Positions 29,405 to 38,496 of a stretch of 64,000 bases of DNA are shown one piece after another. Source of the DNA: Terriglobia bacterium (GTDB lineage: Bacteria; Acidobacteriota; Terriglobia; 2-12-FULL-54-10); the NCBI GenBank assembly GCA_963666975.2, contig CAXVYR010000004.1, positions 2,304,001 to 2,368,000 on the forward strand, read 5' to 3'. The notes below the pieces were generated by a model that was not told the DNA's origin, did not search any database, and saw only the letters and a list, made by a program, of their open reading frames with translations. Position 1 is the stretch's first letter. Every line of letters starts with the position of its first letter. The position numbers and the translations under genes were made by a program.

Positions 29405-29591
29405 GGAGGGTAATTATAGCCCTCCCGGCCTCCGGCAAACAGTAAATGGCAGATACGGGGGTTAGGCGGGAATGGCAGTTTGTTGGCCGGGCCGTCCTGC
29501 TCCCAACCGCAAAACGACTCCCAGCCTCCGATTTTGATTTGGCGGTTGTCCGGCACGCATAGGATAGGCAGGTTCTCCTTATTTCATGGAG

Positions 29592-31010
29592 TGTTGTTAG
29601 CAAGTTAAAATGTCCGGTATTGGTAGCAAGTGAAATGTCCGGTTTCATGATTCTGCCGAAAGCGGTTTGGCGCTGACCGAAGGAGCCCGCAGGGCGACTG
29701 AGGTTAGTGCCGAATGGTGTCGTCGGGAAGCCCCGGGGCTCCGCCGCCGACCACCGCACCGGATCGCCACTCCCTCGGAGGAGTAGCGACCCACTGTGTG
29801 CGGTCCATAGCCAATGCTCAACGTCCCATCCAGGTGTTCATAGACGGTCACCCGGCAGCCCGCCAGAGTCCCGCGCCAAGGAGTTTTCTCGATCTGGAGG
29901 AGGCGGTTCTCCAGACTGACCGTATTGTCCCGATTCACCACCCGTTCGTGCTGGATCGAGAAGATTCGCTCTAACTCCCGCCTGGCTGACGGCAAAAAGG
30001 CGCTGCCCGGTTGGGCGGTCGGCACGGCAAAGCGCCGGTTGAACTCCCCGATATAGCCCTCCCGCAGGAAGCGATTCGCTGCCTCGACCGTGATGATTCC
30101 CCGCAGGCGCAACTCTTGTGGCAGCCGCCCTTGCCAGGTCCCGAAGTTTCGCTCGCCACGTCCCCGCGCCTGTGGCGAATAGGCCGGGATCATCTGAATG
30201 CCCAGCTCCCGCAGCGCACGGCCCACCTGGGTCAGCCGTTGCCGATCCACCGGCTCGCCCGCCTTCCGGGTCAGGAAGAAATGACTGGCCCGGTCGCTAT
30301 AAAGGGCGCAAAAGACCCCCTGTTGCTCGACCACCTCCCGCAGGGCAGCCAGCACCGTCCGCGTCGATTCCTGCTCCACCAGTTGCGCATAGTAAATCTC
30401 GCTGGTGGCATCATCCAGAACCACCAGCAGGTCATACCAGCGATCATCGACAAACCACCGATGCTGGCTCCCATCCAGATGCAGCAGCATCCCCGGCAAC
30501 GGCCGCCGGGGCCGCCGCTGGCGGTGCACGCCCCGCTTCCGCCTCTTGTTTACCAACCCCGCCCCCTGCAACGCCAGCTTCACCCACGTATAGCTCAGCC
30601 GGAGGCCGTGCTCCTCCCGCAGCTTCTCGTGAAAGTGCCGCACGTTGAAGTCAAAGTACTTCTCTTGATACAGCCCCAGCACCTTCTCCACCGTCCTCAG
30701 GGGTACCCGCCGCGGGCTCGGCTTTCCCCGCCGCCGGTCAAACAGCCCGTCGTAGCCGTACTGCTCGTACCGGCTGCTCCACCGCCGCATCTGCCGGTCG
30801 CTGATCCCGATGATCTCGGCTGCCTGCCACCAGTTGATCCGCTTCCCTATCGCTCGCAAGATTACTTCTTGTATCTTCATTGCCCGCTCCACGGCGGCCC
30901 TCGGGTATGACTCCATCTCCACCTCCTGGATAGATGGTCTTACCCCAGACCGCCTTCAAAGCGGACACTTCACTTGCTATTTCCACCGGACATATCATGT
31001 GCTAACGACA
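29592..31010 (-). mobile_element. IS1202-family (ISNCY) insertion sequence with 16-bp target duplication
   Basis: Ends TGTTGTTAGCA / TGCTAACGACA with repeated subterminal motifs; TCCTTATTTCATGGAG duplicated at 29576-29591 and 31011-31026. Confidence 0.88.
29645..30922 (-). CDS. DDE transposase (IS1202/ISNCY type)
   Basis: LLHLDGSQHRW, LDDATS, LYSDRASHF, SPQARGRGER…QGRL. Confidence 0.92.
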   Translation of the reverse strand: MEMESYPRAAVERAMKIQEVILRAIGKRINWWQAAEIIGISDRQMRRWSSRYEQYGYDGLFDRRRGKPSPRRVPLRTVEKVLGLYQEKYFDFNVRHFHEKLREEHGLRLSYTWVKLALQGAGLVNKRRKRGVHRQRRPRRPLPGMLLHLDGSQHRWFVDDRWYDLLVVLDDATSEIYYAQLVEQESTRTVLAALREVVEQQGVFCALYSDRASHFFLTRKAGEPVDRQRLTQVGRALRELGIQMIPAYSPQARGRGERNFGTWQGRLPQELRLRGIITVEAANRFLREGYIGEFNRRFAVPTAQPGSAFLPSARRELERIFSIQHERVVNRDNTVSLENRLLQIEKTPWRGTLAGCRVTVYEHLDGTLSIGYGPHTVGRYSSEGVAIRCGGRRRSPGASRRHHSALTSVALRAPSVSAKPLSAES

Positions 31011-31026
31011 TCCTTATTTCATGGAG

Positions 31027-31055
31027 TTGAATTTTGGGGACCCCGATGCTAACAT
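31027..31055 (+). promoter_or_regulatory. Sigma70-type promoter for the YtxH gene
   Basis: TTGAAT-N17-TAACAT with extended TG, directly after the IS target duplication. Confidence 0.5.
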
Positions 31056-31085
31056 CACAATCAGAGAAGGTCTGAGGAGGTTCCG

Positions 31086-31403
31086 ATGGACGACAACGGA
31101 GGAGCGAGATTTTTTTACTTTCTCACTGGCGTGGGAATCGGAGCCCTGATTGGGGTTTTATTCGCCCCGAGTTCAGGAGTGCAAACAAGGGAAGTGATTG
31201 CCAGCAAAGCGGAGGAAGGCCGCGACTATGTGTTGCGGAAGGGCCGCGAGGCGAGGGATCAAGCGACCGGATACGTCGAGCGCGGGAAAGAAGTGATGAC
31301 CGAACAGCGCGACCACTTGGCCGCCGCCGTCGATGCAGGGAAACAGGCCTATCACAGCGAAGCCCCGCCCAGAAACGCTCCGGACCAGGGGAGCCCGGCA
31401 TAG
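31086..31403 (+). CDS. YtxH-like protein
   Basis: FLTGVGIGALIGVLFAPSSGVQTRE. Confidence 0.85.
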   Translation: MDDNGGARFFYFLTGVGIGALIGVLFAPSSGVQTREVIASKAEEGRDYVLRKGREARDQATGYVERGKEVMTEQRDHLAAAVDAGKQAYHSEAPPRNAPDQGSPA

Positions 31404-31483
31404 AGTGCATACGGATTACAGCTTGGGCGGCTCTGTGACGAAAGCAAGAGGCTGCCTTTTGCTCTAAGGGGAGGACTATTCGG

Positions 31484-31999
31484 ATGAATGTTGCAATGGA
31501 GGACATGCTCCCGGTTCTGACTATCATCATTGCCGTCGCGCTGCTGGTGCAAATGGGAGTTCTGGTGGCGCTGCTGGTGGCCCTTCGGAGTTGGTCCAAG
31601 CGCACGGAAACTTTCGTGGAGCGCGTGGACCGCAACATTGAGCCCGTGCTGCAGGCAACGCGCGAATTAGTGGCTGACGGCAAGGCGAAGCTCAATGCAA
31701 TTTCCACCAACCTGACCGAGATCAGCGATCTGACCAAGAACCAAATCGTCCAGCTGGACGGAATCGTAACGGATGCATCCGACCGCGCCCGTTTGCAACT
31801 CGCCCGCCTGGATCAGCTGGCCTCCGACACGGTGGGCCGCATGGAGGAGACCATGCAAGTGATCCAGCGCAGCATTCTGACGCCGGTCCGGGAAATATCG
31901 GCCGTATTGGCGGGAGTGCGTAGCGCCCTGGATTTCCTCTTCCGCCGCGACAAGGCGGGTGTAGAGCGAGATGCTCAGGACGAAGAGCTTTTCATTTAA
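31484..31999 (+). CDS. DUF948-like membrane-anchored coiled-coil protein
   Basis: N-terminal TM helix, heptad-rich body, next to YtxH. Confidence 0.6.
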   Translation: MNVAMEDMLPVLTIIIAVALLVQMGVLVALLVALRSWSKRTETFVERVDRNIEPVLQATRELVADGKAKLNAISTNLTEISDLTKNQIVQLDGIVTDASDRARLQLARLDQLASDTVGRMEETMQVIQRSILTPVREISAVLAGVRSALDFLFRRDKAGVERDAQDEELFI

Positions 32000-32125
32000 C
32001 TGTCTTTCAGGCAGATGTCTTTGGGCATCTGATTTTCAGACGACTCCCCAAAAGGAAAGCCTGCTTCCCAGCGGGTCCGCCAGGTAGTTTTTCCCCTTCG
32101 GGTTGAAAAAACGGGTTGAAAAGAA

Positions 32126-32914
32126 GTGTCACCAGAGGCTGCCGACTTTCCCGCCGATTCTCCCGCCGATTCTCCCATAGAGGAACCCGTCAGCCTCTGT
32201 TCCCGGGGAGAAGACTGCGCCATTCTGTTTGCAAAATACCCGGTCCCGGGACGAGTCAAAACCCGCCTGTCTCCTCATTTAACCCCTGAACAAGCCTGCC
32301 GGCTCCACTGCGCTTCCACCAGCGACGTGGCGGAGTTGTTGTCCCATGCGCTGCCTCAAGCTCGGAAATGGATCTTCTGGAGCGAGCGTCCGCCGGTAGA
32401 AAAGGACGCGGAAAAGGACAAGGGCGGCGAGGTTCGTGTGCCCTCCGAATTCCGCTGCGGGGTCCAGGAAGGCGGGAATTTAGGGGAGCGGATGGGCGCC
32501 GCGTTTGCCCGCGCTTTGGCCTCCGGGGCGCGAGGCGTAGTGCTGTTCGGCAGTGACAGCCCGACGCTGCCCGCCATAACCGTGCAGCGGGCCTTTGACG
32601 CCTTGCTGGATTGTGATCTCGTCCTGGGCCCCACCGAAGACGGAGGTTACTATCTGATGGGGTGCCGCCGTTTCGATGAGCAGTTGTTCCGGAATGTCGA
32701 GTGGAGCACGCGGCGGACATACGAGCAGACCATGGCCAACGCGCAGCGGCTCGATTACCGTGTCCGTGTGCTCGAAAGCTGGTTTGACCTGGATCAATGG
32801 AGCGATGTGGAGCGGCTGATAGCTGACGCGCGCCGGGGCCGCTCGCTGCCCGCCCACATGGCGGCTTTCCTGAAGCAACTGGAGACCGCAGGCAGTTCGG
32901 AGGAACCGTGTTGA
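32126..32914 (+). CDS. TIGR04282/DUF2064 glycosyltransferase-like protein
   Basis: FAKYPVPGRVKTRL, QEGGNLGERM, GSDSPTL, LGPTEDGGYYLMG. Confidence 0.88.
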   Translation: MSPEAADFPADSPADSPIEEPVSLCSRGEDCAILFAKYPVPGRVKTRLSPHLTPEQACRLHCASTSDVAELLSHALPQARKWIFWSERPPVEKDAEKDKGGEVRVPSEFRCGVQEGGNLGERMGAAFARALASGARGVVLFGSDSPTLPAITVQRAFDALLDCDLVLGPTEDGGYYLMGCRRFDEQLFRNVEWSTRRTYEQTMANAQRLDYRVRVLESWFDLDQWSDVERLIADARRGRSLPAHMAAFLKQLETAGSSEEPC

Positions 32915-32926
32915 ATTCTCCGCCAT

Positions 32927-33553
32927 TCACCGTTTTTCGCAGACAGCAAACCCGTCCCGCACGGGCAGGATCGTAGCGAACAGGTCGGGCGAGGAGTAGA
33001 TCAGCCGGTTGAACTCCGCGATGCCCCGCGTGGCTTCATCGCCGGGCGGCTCGGTGACGCGCCCGCTCCACAATACATTGTCCGCCAGGAACAACCCGCC
33101 GCTACGAATCCGCGGCACCGCCTTGTGGAATACCTCGGGGTAATCCTTCTTCTCCACGTCGTTAAAAATAATATCGAAGATGCCCGGAGTCTGGTCCAGT
33201 AGCTCCAGCGCGTTCCCCTGCAAAATCCGAATCCTGTCCAGAACTCCGGCGCGCTGGAAAAACTGCCTGGCCTGTTCCGCATTGGCCGGGTCGCTGTCGG
33301 TGTAATAGATAACGCAACCTGCCCGCGCAGCCCTGGCGATCCAGATCGTCGAGTATCCGATGGCCGAGCCCATCTCGAAGACCACCTTGGCCCCCGCGAG
33401 CCGGACCAACTGATGCAGGATGCGGCCCACCACGGGCCCGATGATGGGAATGCGGCGCTCCCGCGCCAGCGCCTCCATCTCCTCGAGCACCGGGTCACGG
33501 GCTGGCAATAGCTCCTGCAAATATCGGTTCACGGCCGGGTCTGTAATATCCAT
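32927..33553 (-). CDS. SAM-dependent O-methyltransferase
   Basis: EMGSAIGYSTIW, DIIFNDVEK, ADNVLWSG. Confidence 0.9.
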   Translation of the reverse strand: MDITDPAVNRYLQELLPARDPVLEEMEALARERRIPIIGPVVGRILHQLVRLAGAKVVFEMGSAIGYSTIWIARAARAGCVIYYTDSDPANAEQARQFFQRAGVLDRIRILQGNALELLDQTPGIFDIIFNDVEKKDYPEVFHKAVPRIRSGGLFLADNVLWSGRVTEPPGDEATRGIAEFNRLIYSSPDLFATILPVRDGFAVCEKR

Positions 33554-33654
33554 ATGCGCCACCTTGAAGAGAATCCGTTTTCTTTCCTCTTGCCATACAG
33601 CCGGAGTGGAGCGGAAAACCACAAGGGACTCTGTAACCCAGTGAATGAGGCGCC

Positions 33655-34035
33655 TCAGGCGCGGTTGCGTTCCGTGCTGGAATCTGGAACTTCAACCGTG
33701 ATCTCGCTCCGTGCCGCCTTGCTCAAGACCACGGCGCGGCAGGCGAGACGGGAGTGCAGCGAGAGGTTGCTGGTTCTGTACAGGCGGTCTTCCTCGTCCT
33801 TCTCCATCGGGGACAAGCAGTCGTCATCTTTCTTTACGATCACGTGGCAGGTGATGCAGGCGCAGATGCCCTCGCAGGAGTGACGGAGATCGACCCCGTA
33901 GTTCAGTGCGATATCGAGAATGGATTCCGCTTTGCCCTCGTTTTGGTAAGCCAGAGTGTCGGCTTCATACTCGACGGTGGTATTAGAAGGCAGGAAGATT
34001 AGCTTTGGCATAACAGGGGGCCTATTTGGGGACAT
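33655..34035 (-). CDS. fdx: ISC-type 2Fe-2S ferredoxin
   Basis: CEGICACITCH and SRLAC. Confidence 0.85.
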   Translation of the reverse strand: MSPNRPPVMPKLIFLPSNTTVEYEADTLAYQNEGKAESILDIALNYGVDLRHSCEGICACITCHVIVKKDDDCLSPMEKDEEDRLYRTSNLSLHSRLACRAVVLSKAARSEITVEVPDSSTERNRA

Positions 34036-34107
34036 CGCAGGAGCGCATCCGGGCGATAGCTTCCATATCTTCCGCGGACTTTCCTTTCCGTATTTTCGTC
34101 CGGTGAA

Positions 34108-35304
34108 TCATCCTCCTGGCTGCTTTCCGGAGTTGCTCCCGTGGTACAGGGGAGAAAGTTCCCGCAGGCGGTTCACAGCCTCCACCACGCGGTCCTTCAC
34201 GTAGTCCACCTCTTCCTCCGTATTGAAACGGCCCAGCCCAAAACGGACGGAGGATTGGATCAGGTCCTCTCTGATCCCCAGCGCCTTCAGGACATAGCTC
34301 GGCTCCACCGCCGCTGAAGTGCAGGCCGAGCCGGTGGAGAGGGCGACATCGCTGACGCCCATCAACAGGGATTCGGATTCCACACAGGCAAAGCTCAGGT
34401 TCAGGTTGTGAGGCAGCCGCTTGGTTTCGTGTCCGTTGAGATAGACTTCATCGAGTTCCGCCAGAATGCCGTCCTTCAGCCGGTCCCGCAGTTTTTGCAA
34501 ACGTTTAGAATCGGCGTCCATCTGCCCGGCGCAAATCCGGCAGGCCTCGCCCAGGCCCACAATTCCCGGCACGTTCAGGGTGCCGGAGCGCATGCCGCGC
34601 TCGTGGCCGCCGCCCTCGATCATCGGTGGCAGCGCCACACGGGGATTTTTCCGCCGTACGTAGAGACCTCCAATCCCCTTCGGCCCGTACATCTTGTGGG
34701 CGGTAAACGACAGCAGGTCAATGTTCATCTTCTCTACGTCCACCGGCACATGGCCCACCGCTTGCGTGGCATCCGTGTGGAACAGGACTCCGTTTTCCCG
34801 GGCCATGCGGCCGATGTCCGCCACGGGATGAATCGTGCCGATTTCATTGTTGGCGAGCATGACGGTGATCAAAACGGTCTGGGCGCTGATTGCCCGCCGC
34901 ACCTCGTCCGGGTCCAGCAGCCCGTCGCGGTCCACCGGGAGGTAAGTGACACGGAAGCCGGAGCGTTCCATCCGCTTGCAGGTGTCGAGCACCGCTTTGT
35001 GCTCGGTGGCAACCGTGATGATGTGATTGCCGCGCTCGCGGTGCATCTCCGCCACTCCTTGGATGGCCAGATTGTCGGACTCGGTGGCGCCGGAAGTAAA
35101 AATGATCTCTTTGGGGTGGGCGCCGATCAGTTGAGCCGTTTCTTTCCTAGCCTGCTCGACTGCTGCTTCCGCCTCCCATCCAAAGGAATGCTTGCGGCTG
35201 GCTGCGTTGCCGAATTTCTGGAGGAAATAAGGCGTCATTGCCTCAAAGACCCGCGGGTCCACGGGAGTCGTGGCGTGATGGTCCATATAGATCGGCAGCT
35301 TCAT
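34108..35304 (-). CDS. iscS: Cysteine desulfurase
   Basis: [30 protein letters not shown]. Confidence 0.93.
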   Translation of the reverse strand: MKLPIYMDHHATTPVDPRVFEAMTPYFLQKFGNAASRKHSFGWEAEAAVEQARKETAQLIGAHPKEIIFTSGATESDNLAIQGVAEMHRERGNHIITVATEHKAVLDTCKRMERSGFRVTYLPVDRDGLLDPDEVRRAISAQTVLITVMLANNEIGTIHPVADIGRMARENGVLFHTDATQAVGHVPVDVEKMNIDLLSFTAHKMYGPKGIGGLYVRRKNPRVALPPMIEGGGHERGMRSGTLNVPGIVGLGEACRICAGQMDADSKRLQKLRDRLKDGILAELDEVYLNGHETKRLPHNLNLSFACVESESLLMGVSDVALSTGSACTSAAVEPSYVLKALGIREDLIQSSVRFGLGRFNTEEEVDYVKDRVVEAVNRLRELSPLYHGSNSGKQPGG

Positions 35305-35318
35305 CCGGGCACGTGCTC

Positions 35319-35951
35319 CTAGGGGCGATCCTTCAGTTTGGAAGACTCACGGTAAAGCGGGCCTTGGCGCGCCTGTTCCGGACTCCTCATCTCCATTTCG
35401 CTGATCTTCCATGCAAATAGCCGCCACAACCGGCGCGTGTAGAGAAACCCTGCGGTGCTGAGCAAAATAAGAAGTGTCAGCGGAAACGCGCAGGCACGCA
35501 GCAGGGTGTGGGAAACATCATCCAGGTTTTCACCCCACCGGATGGCGAGAAAGCGGCGCAGAGCCTGCAAGTTTCCCCAGTCCAGCCAGAAGAAGTCAGC
35601 GTTCTCGTTGACTACCAAAACCTTGGCAGGGAGCAGCAGCACACCCAGCATTTTCCAGCGCCACAGAATGGGCTCCCCCGTGCACAGAATCACCAGGATT
35701 TTCCATGCATTTTTTCGGAGCGAAAACAGCAAGCGCAACTTGCTCCAGCCGGAGGGATAATCCGTGACTCGGTATACGCTGGCAAACGCTCCGGGCGGCG
35801 GAGCAGGATGACAGGTGCACAGATGATACCGCGCGTTTGGAAAGATTTTGATAATGCTCTCCAAGGCGCGCCGTTGAACATCCGGCGAGCCGCTCTCGAT
35901 CACGAGGATATCTGCGGCTTGGGGCACCTTCCGTCTAAAAAAATACTTCAT
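35319..35951 (-). CDS. Hypothetical membrane-associated protein
   Basis: Co-oriented ORF with hydrophobic segments; no family recognised. Confidence 0.6.
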   Translation of the reverse strand: MKYFFRRKVPQAADILVIESGSPDVQRRALESIIKIFPNARYHLCTCHPAPPPGAFASVYRVTDYPSGWSKLRLLFSLRKNAWKILVILCTGEPILWRWKMLGVLLLPAKVLVVNENADFFWLDWGNLQALRRFLAIRWGENLDDVSHTLLRACAFPLTLLILLSTAGFLYTRRLWRLFAWKISEMEMRSPEQARQGPLYRESSKLKDRP

Positions 35952-35985
35952 CGCTGGCGGGGACCGTGTCCCTTCCCGTTTTTTC

Positions 35986-36201
35986 TCAGTAGTAGTCAGA
36001 GCAAGACAGAAAGTAGCCGCAGCGGAGGCAAGCCAGCTTGCATTGCCGCCCGGTTAGCTTTGCCGAGCAATTGGGACAATATTCCAAAGGCACGCTGGCT
36101 GGTTCCCGGCTCCTCAGCGGCTGAGCATGCCCCGCACCCTCGGGCCGGGCCGGTTGCGGGTCGTCCCTCAGGCTGGGAGATGGCTTCTTTCCTGCATCCA
36201 T
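35986..36201 (-). CDS. Small zinc-ribbon protein
   Basis: CPNC…CKLACLRCGYFLSCSDYY. Confidence 0.6.
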   Translation of the reverse strand: MDAGKKPSPSLRDDPQPARPEGAGHAQPLRSREPASVPLEYCPNCSAKLTGRQCKLACLRCGYFLSCSDYY

Positions 36202-36316
36202 CGGAAGAATTATAAACGCTCCACTGGGAAGGCTTCAACCGGGTTCGCCAGAAGACCGGTCTCCTCCAGTCTCTGTTGTTGCCGCCGACCCTTTCTGCCA
36301 GCCGCCGGGTCACTTG

Positions 36317-37105
36317 CTAGAGGTCGGGCTCGGCCTTCTGCGACTCCTGCAGAGGGGCTTCCGGGCGCAGGTAGCGTTTCGTCAGCCCCTCCTGCAAGAG
36401 TTTGAGGGCCGTTTCGGGGTCGTCGGCAAACTGAAACAGATCCATGTCGCTTGCGCTGATGGTTCCGTGTCGAACCAGGGCCTCGAAGTTGATTACCTCG
36501 TTCCAGAACTCGGAGCCGTAGAGCAGAATGATGAGCCTCTTGTTCATCTTCTGAGTTTGGACAAGCGTCAGGACCTCCATCATCTCATCCAGCGTTCCGA
36601 ATCCGCCGGGGAAAAAGACCACGGCTTTGGCCAGGTAAGCAAACCAGAACTTGCGCATGAAGAAGTAATGGAATTGGAAGGAAAGCTCCGGTGTGATGTA
36701 GGGATTCGGGTACTGCTCGAATGGCAGTCCGATATTCAAGCCGACCGTCTTCCCGTTTGCATCCTGGGCCCCTAGATTTCCTGCCTCCATGATTCCCGGT
36801 CCCCCGCCGGTACAGACGACAAAGCGGCGGTTGGGGTCCTTCAGTTGGTCAGACCACTCGGTAACCATCCGCGCCAGAGTCCGCGCCTCGCGATAGTAGC
36901 GACCGAGAGAGTCTTTTTCCTCAATGCGGGCTGAGCCGAAGAAAACAACCGTATCCCGAATCCTCTCCCGGCGAAAGTGGGAGAAGGGCTCCAAGAACTC
37001 CGAAAGAATGCGCAATACCCGCGCGTCGGGACTATCCAAAAATCGTTCGTTCTTGTAAGCCACTGGCCGGTGATGGCCAGGCGGTGGATGATCACTCATA
37101 CTCAT
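36317..37105 (-). CDS. LOG-family protein
   Basis: TGGGPGIMEA, FHYFFMRKFWF, PGGFGTLDE. Confidence 0.92.
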   Translation of the reverse strand: MSMSDHPPPGHHRPVAYKNERFLDSPDARVLRILSEFLEPFSHFRRERIRDTVVFFGSARIEEKDSLGRYYREARTLARMVTEWSDQLKDPNRRFVVCTGGGPGIMEAGNLGAQDANGKTVGLNIGLPFEQYPNPYITPELSFQFHYFFMRKFWFAYLAKAVVFFPGGFGTLDEMMEVLTLVQTQKMNKRLIILLYGSEFWNEVINFEALVRHGTISASDMDLFQFADDPETALKLLQEGLTKRYLRPEAPLQESQKAEPDL

Positions 37106-37145
37106 AATGATGCTCCCAGAATTTTTGCCAGAAAGGAAAATAAGA

Positions 37146-38486
37146 TCAGGGAAATTCCTCTTTCAGGCGAGAAGATGATTTAGCTGGAAACCATGGGGGG
37201 TTTTCCTGTAGCAGACGAAACTTGGAGCTTGTCCCGTCCGGCTCTGCGGCGTGCCCGTCCGTCTCTGCAGCGTGAATGACAATCGGCATCGGGACGGTGT
37301 TGCCGTCCTGGTCTCTCACGTCCACGGCTTCGGAGGAAAGAGGCATGATCTTCATGGTCCTATCCTCTATTTCGACCAGCAAGAAATGGGATTGCGGCGC
37401 CCAGCCGGCGATGTATGCATCTTGCATTTTGCCGCGAATATCGTTCCGGCGCAACATGCCTCCAGCGCCGGTGATTACGTAACGGGCGTTGCCGGTCTTT
37501 ATGTTCCGCTCACTGAACTGAAAATTATGCTCATGGCCGTTGAAGACCACCTGCACGCCGGTTTGGCGAGACAAATCGACCAGAGGGCGCAGGGAATCGA
37601 GACTCGCCCCGTGTCCCGGTCCTGCATTAAACGGCGGGTGATGGTAGTAGGCAATCTTCCATGTCGCTTTGGCGGCGGCCAAGGCTTGCCGCAGCCATTG
37701 CATTTGACTGCCGTGCAATGCTTTTTCGGTTGTGTCGAGGGCGAAGAATTCGGCCAACCCTCCGAAGGAAAATGCGTAGTAGCGCGCCGGTTCCAGGGCA
37801 GGGAAAAAGTTGTCCAGGTATGCGCCCAGATCGCCTGCTGATTCCGATCCCTTGCTGTCGTGATTTCCAAGCGTCGGGTAAAAGGGAATATTTCGCAGAA
37901 GGCGTTCGTAAGGCTGGAAGAATTTCCGTTCCCAATGGCTGTCCTTGTCGCCGCTTCGGGTTGGGATCAAACCCAGTATTCGGTCGGCATAGATATTGTC
38001 GCCGGTCGTTAATACGAAGCGAACCGGATTGTCAGAGCGGTTTCGCGGCTCGAACTCCTTCCACATCGCCTCTGCAATTGCATATTGGGGGGGCTTGCCC
38101 GTGCCGTAGTCGCCGATCACAAAAAAAGCCAGCTTCCGGGATTTGTCCGGATAAGTTCGCACCGTGCCACCGCCGATCCTTTGCTTTCCGAGCGTGGCTT
38201 CGTATGGGTACTCCGTGTCCGGACGGAGGCCGTCCACGACAACCCAGTTCCGCTCGGAGACGATCTGTCGGTTCCCCACTTTTACGGTGACTTTTCCGAG
38301 AGAGACCGAACCTCGGCCGATGGTGTTGCCGCTGCCTTCGGTTTTCCCCCAGGCAAGCAGCACGGAATTGGTTTCGATCCGCCCTACGTAGGTGTATATC
38401 TTCTGCGCATGGGCTGGAAAGGATAACAGCAGGAGAACAGAGAACATCCACAGCGGTCCCGTCCGTAACACTCGAACATGGCTCAC
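37146..38486 (-). CDS. Exported metallophosphoesterase (purple acid phosphatase-like)
   Basis: Signal peptide ending AHA; IGDYG, GDNIY, LGNHD, HHPP and GHEH motifs; GTG start after AGGAG. Confidence 0.88.
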   Translation of the reverse strand: MSHVRVLRTGPLWMFSVLLLLSFPAHAQKIYTYVGRIETNSVLLAWGKTEGSGNTIGRGSVSLGKVTVKVGNRQIVSERNWVVVDGLRPDTEYPYEATLGKQRIGGGTVRTYPDKSRKLAFFVIGDYGTGKPPQYAIAEAMWKEFEPRNRSDNPVRFVLTTGDNIYADRILGLIPTRSGDKDSHWERKFFQPYERLLRNIPFYPTLGNHDSKGSESAGDLGAYLDNFFPALEPARYYAFSFGGLAEFFALDTTEKALHGSQMQWLRQALAAAKATWKIAYYHHPPFNAGPGHGASLDSLRPLVDLSRQTGVQVVFNGHEHNFQFSERNIKTGNARYVITGAGGMLRRNDIRGKMQDAYIAGWAPQSHFLLVEIEDRTMKIMPLSSEAVDVRDQDGNTVPMPIVIHAAETDGHAAEPDGTSSKFRLLQENPPWFPAKSSSRLKEEFP

Positions 38487-38496
38487 GGTAGCTCTC

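Noticed and set aside
32126-32914. Arsenosugar or selenium pathway inferred from the TIGR04282 gene
   Set aside because: Its usual partners (TIGR04283 glycosyltransferase, radical SAM enzyme) are not adjacent
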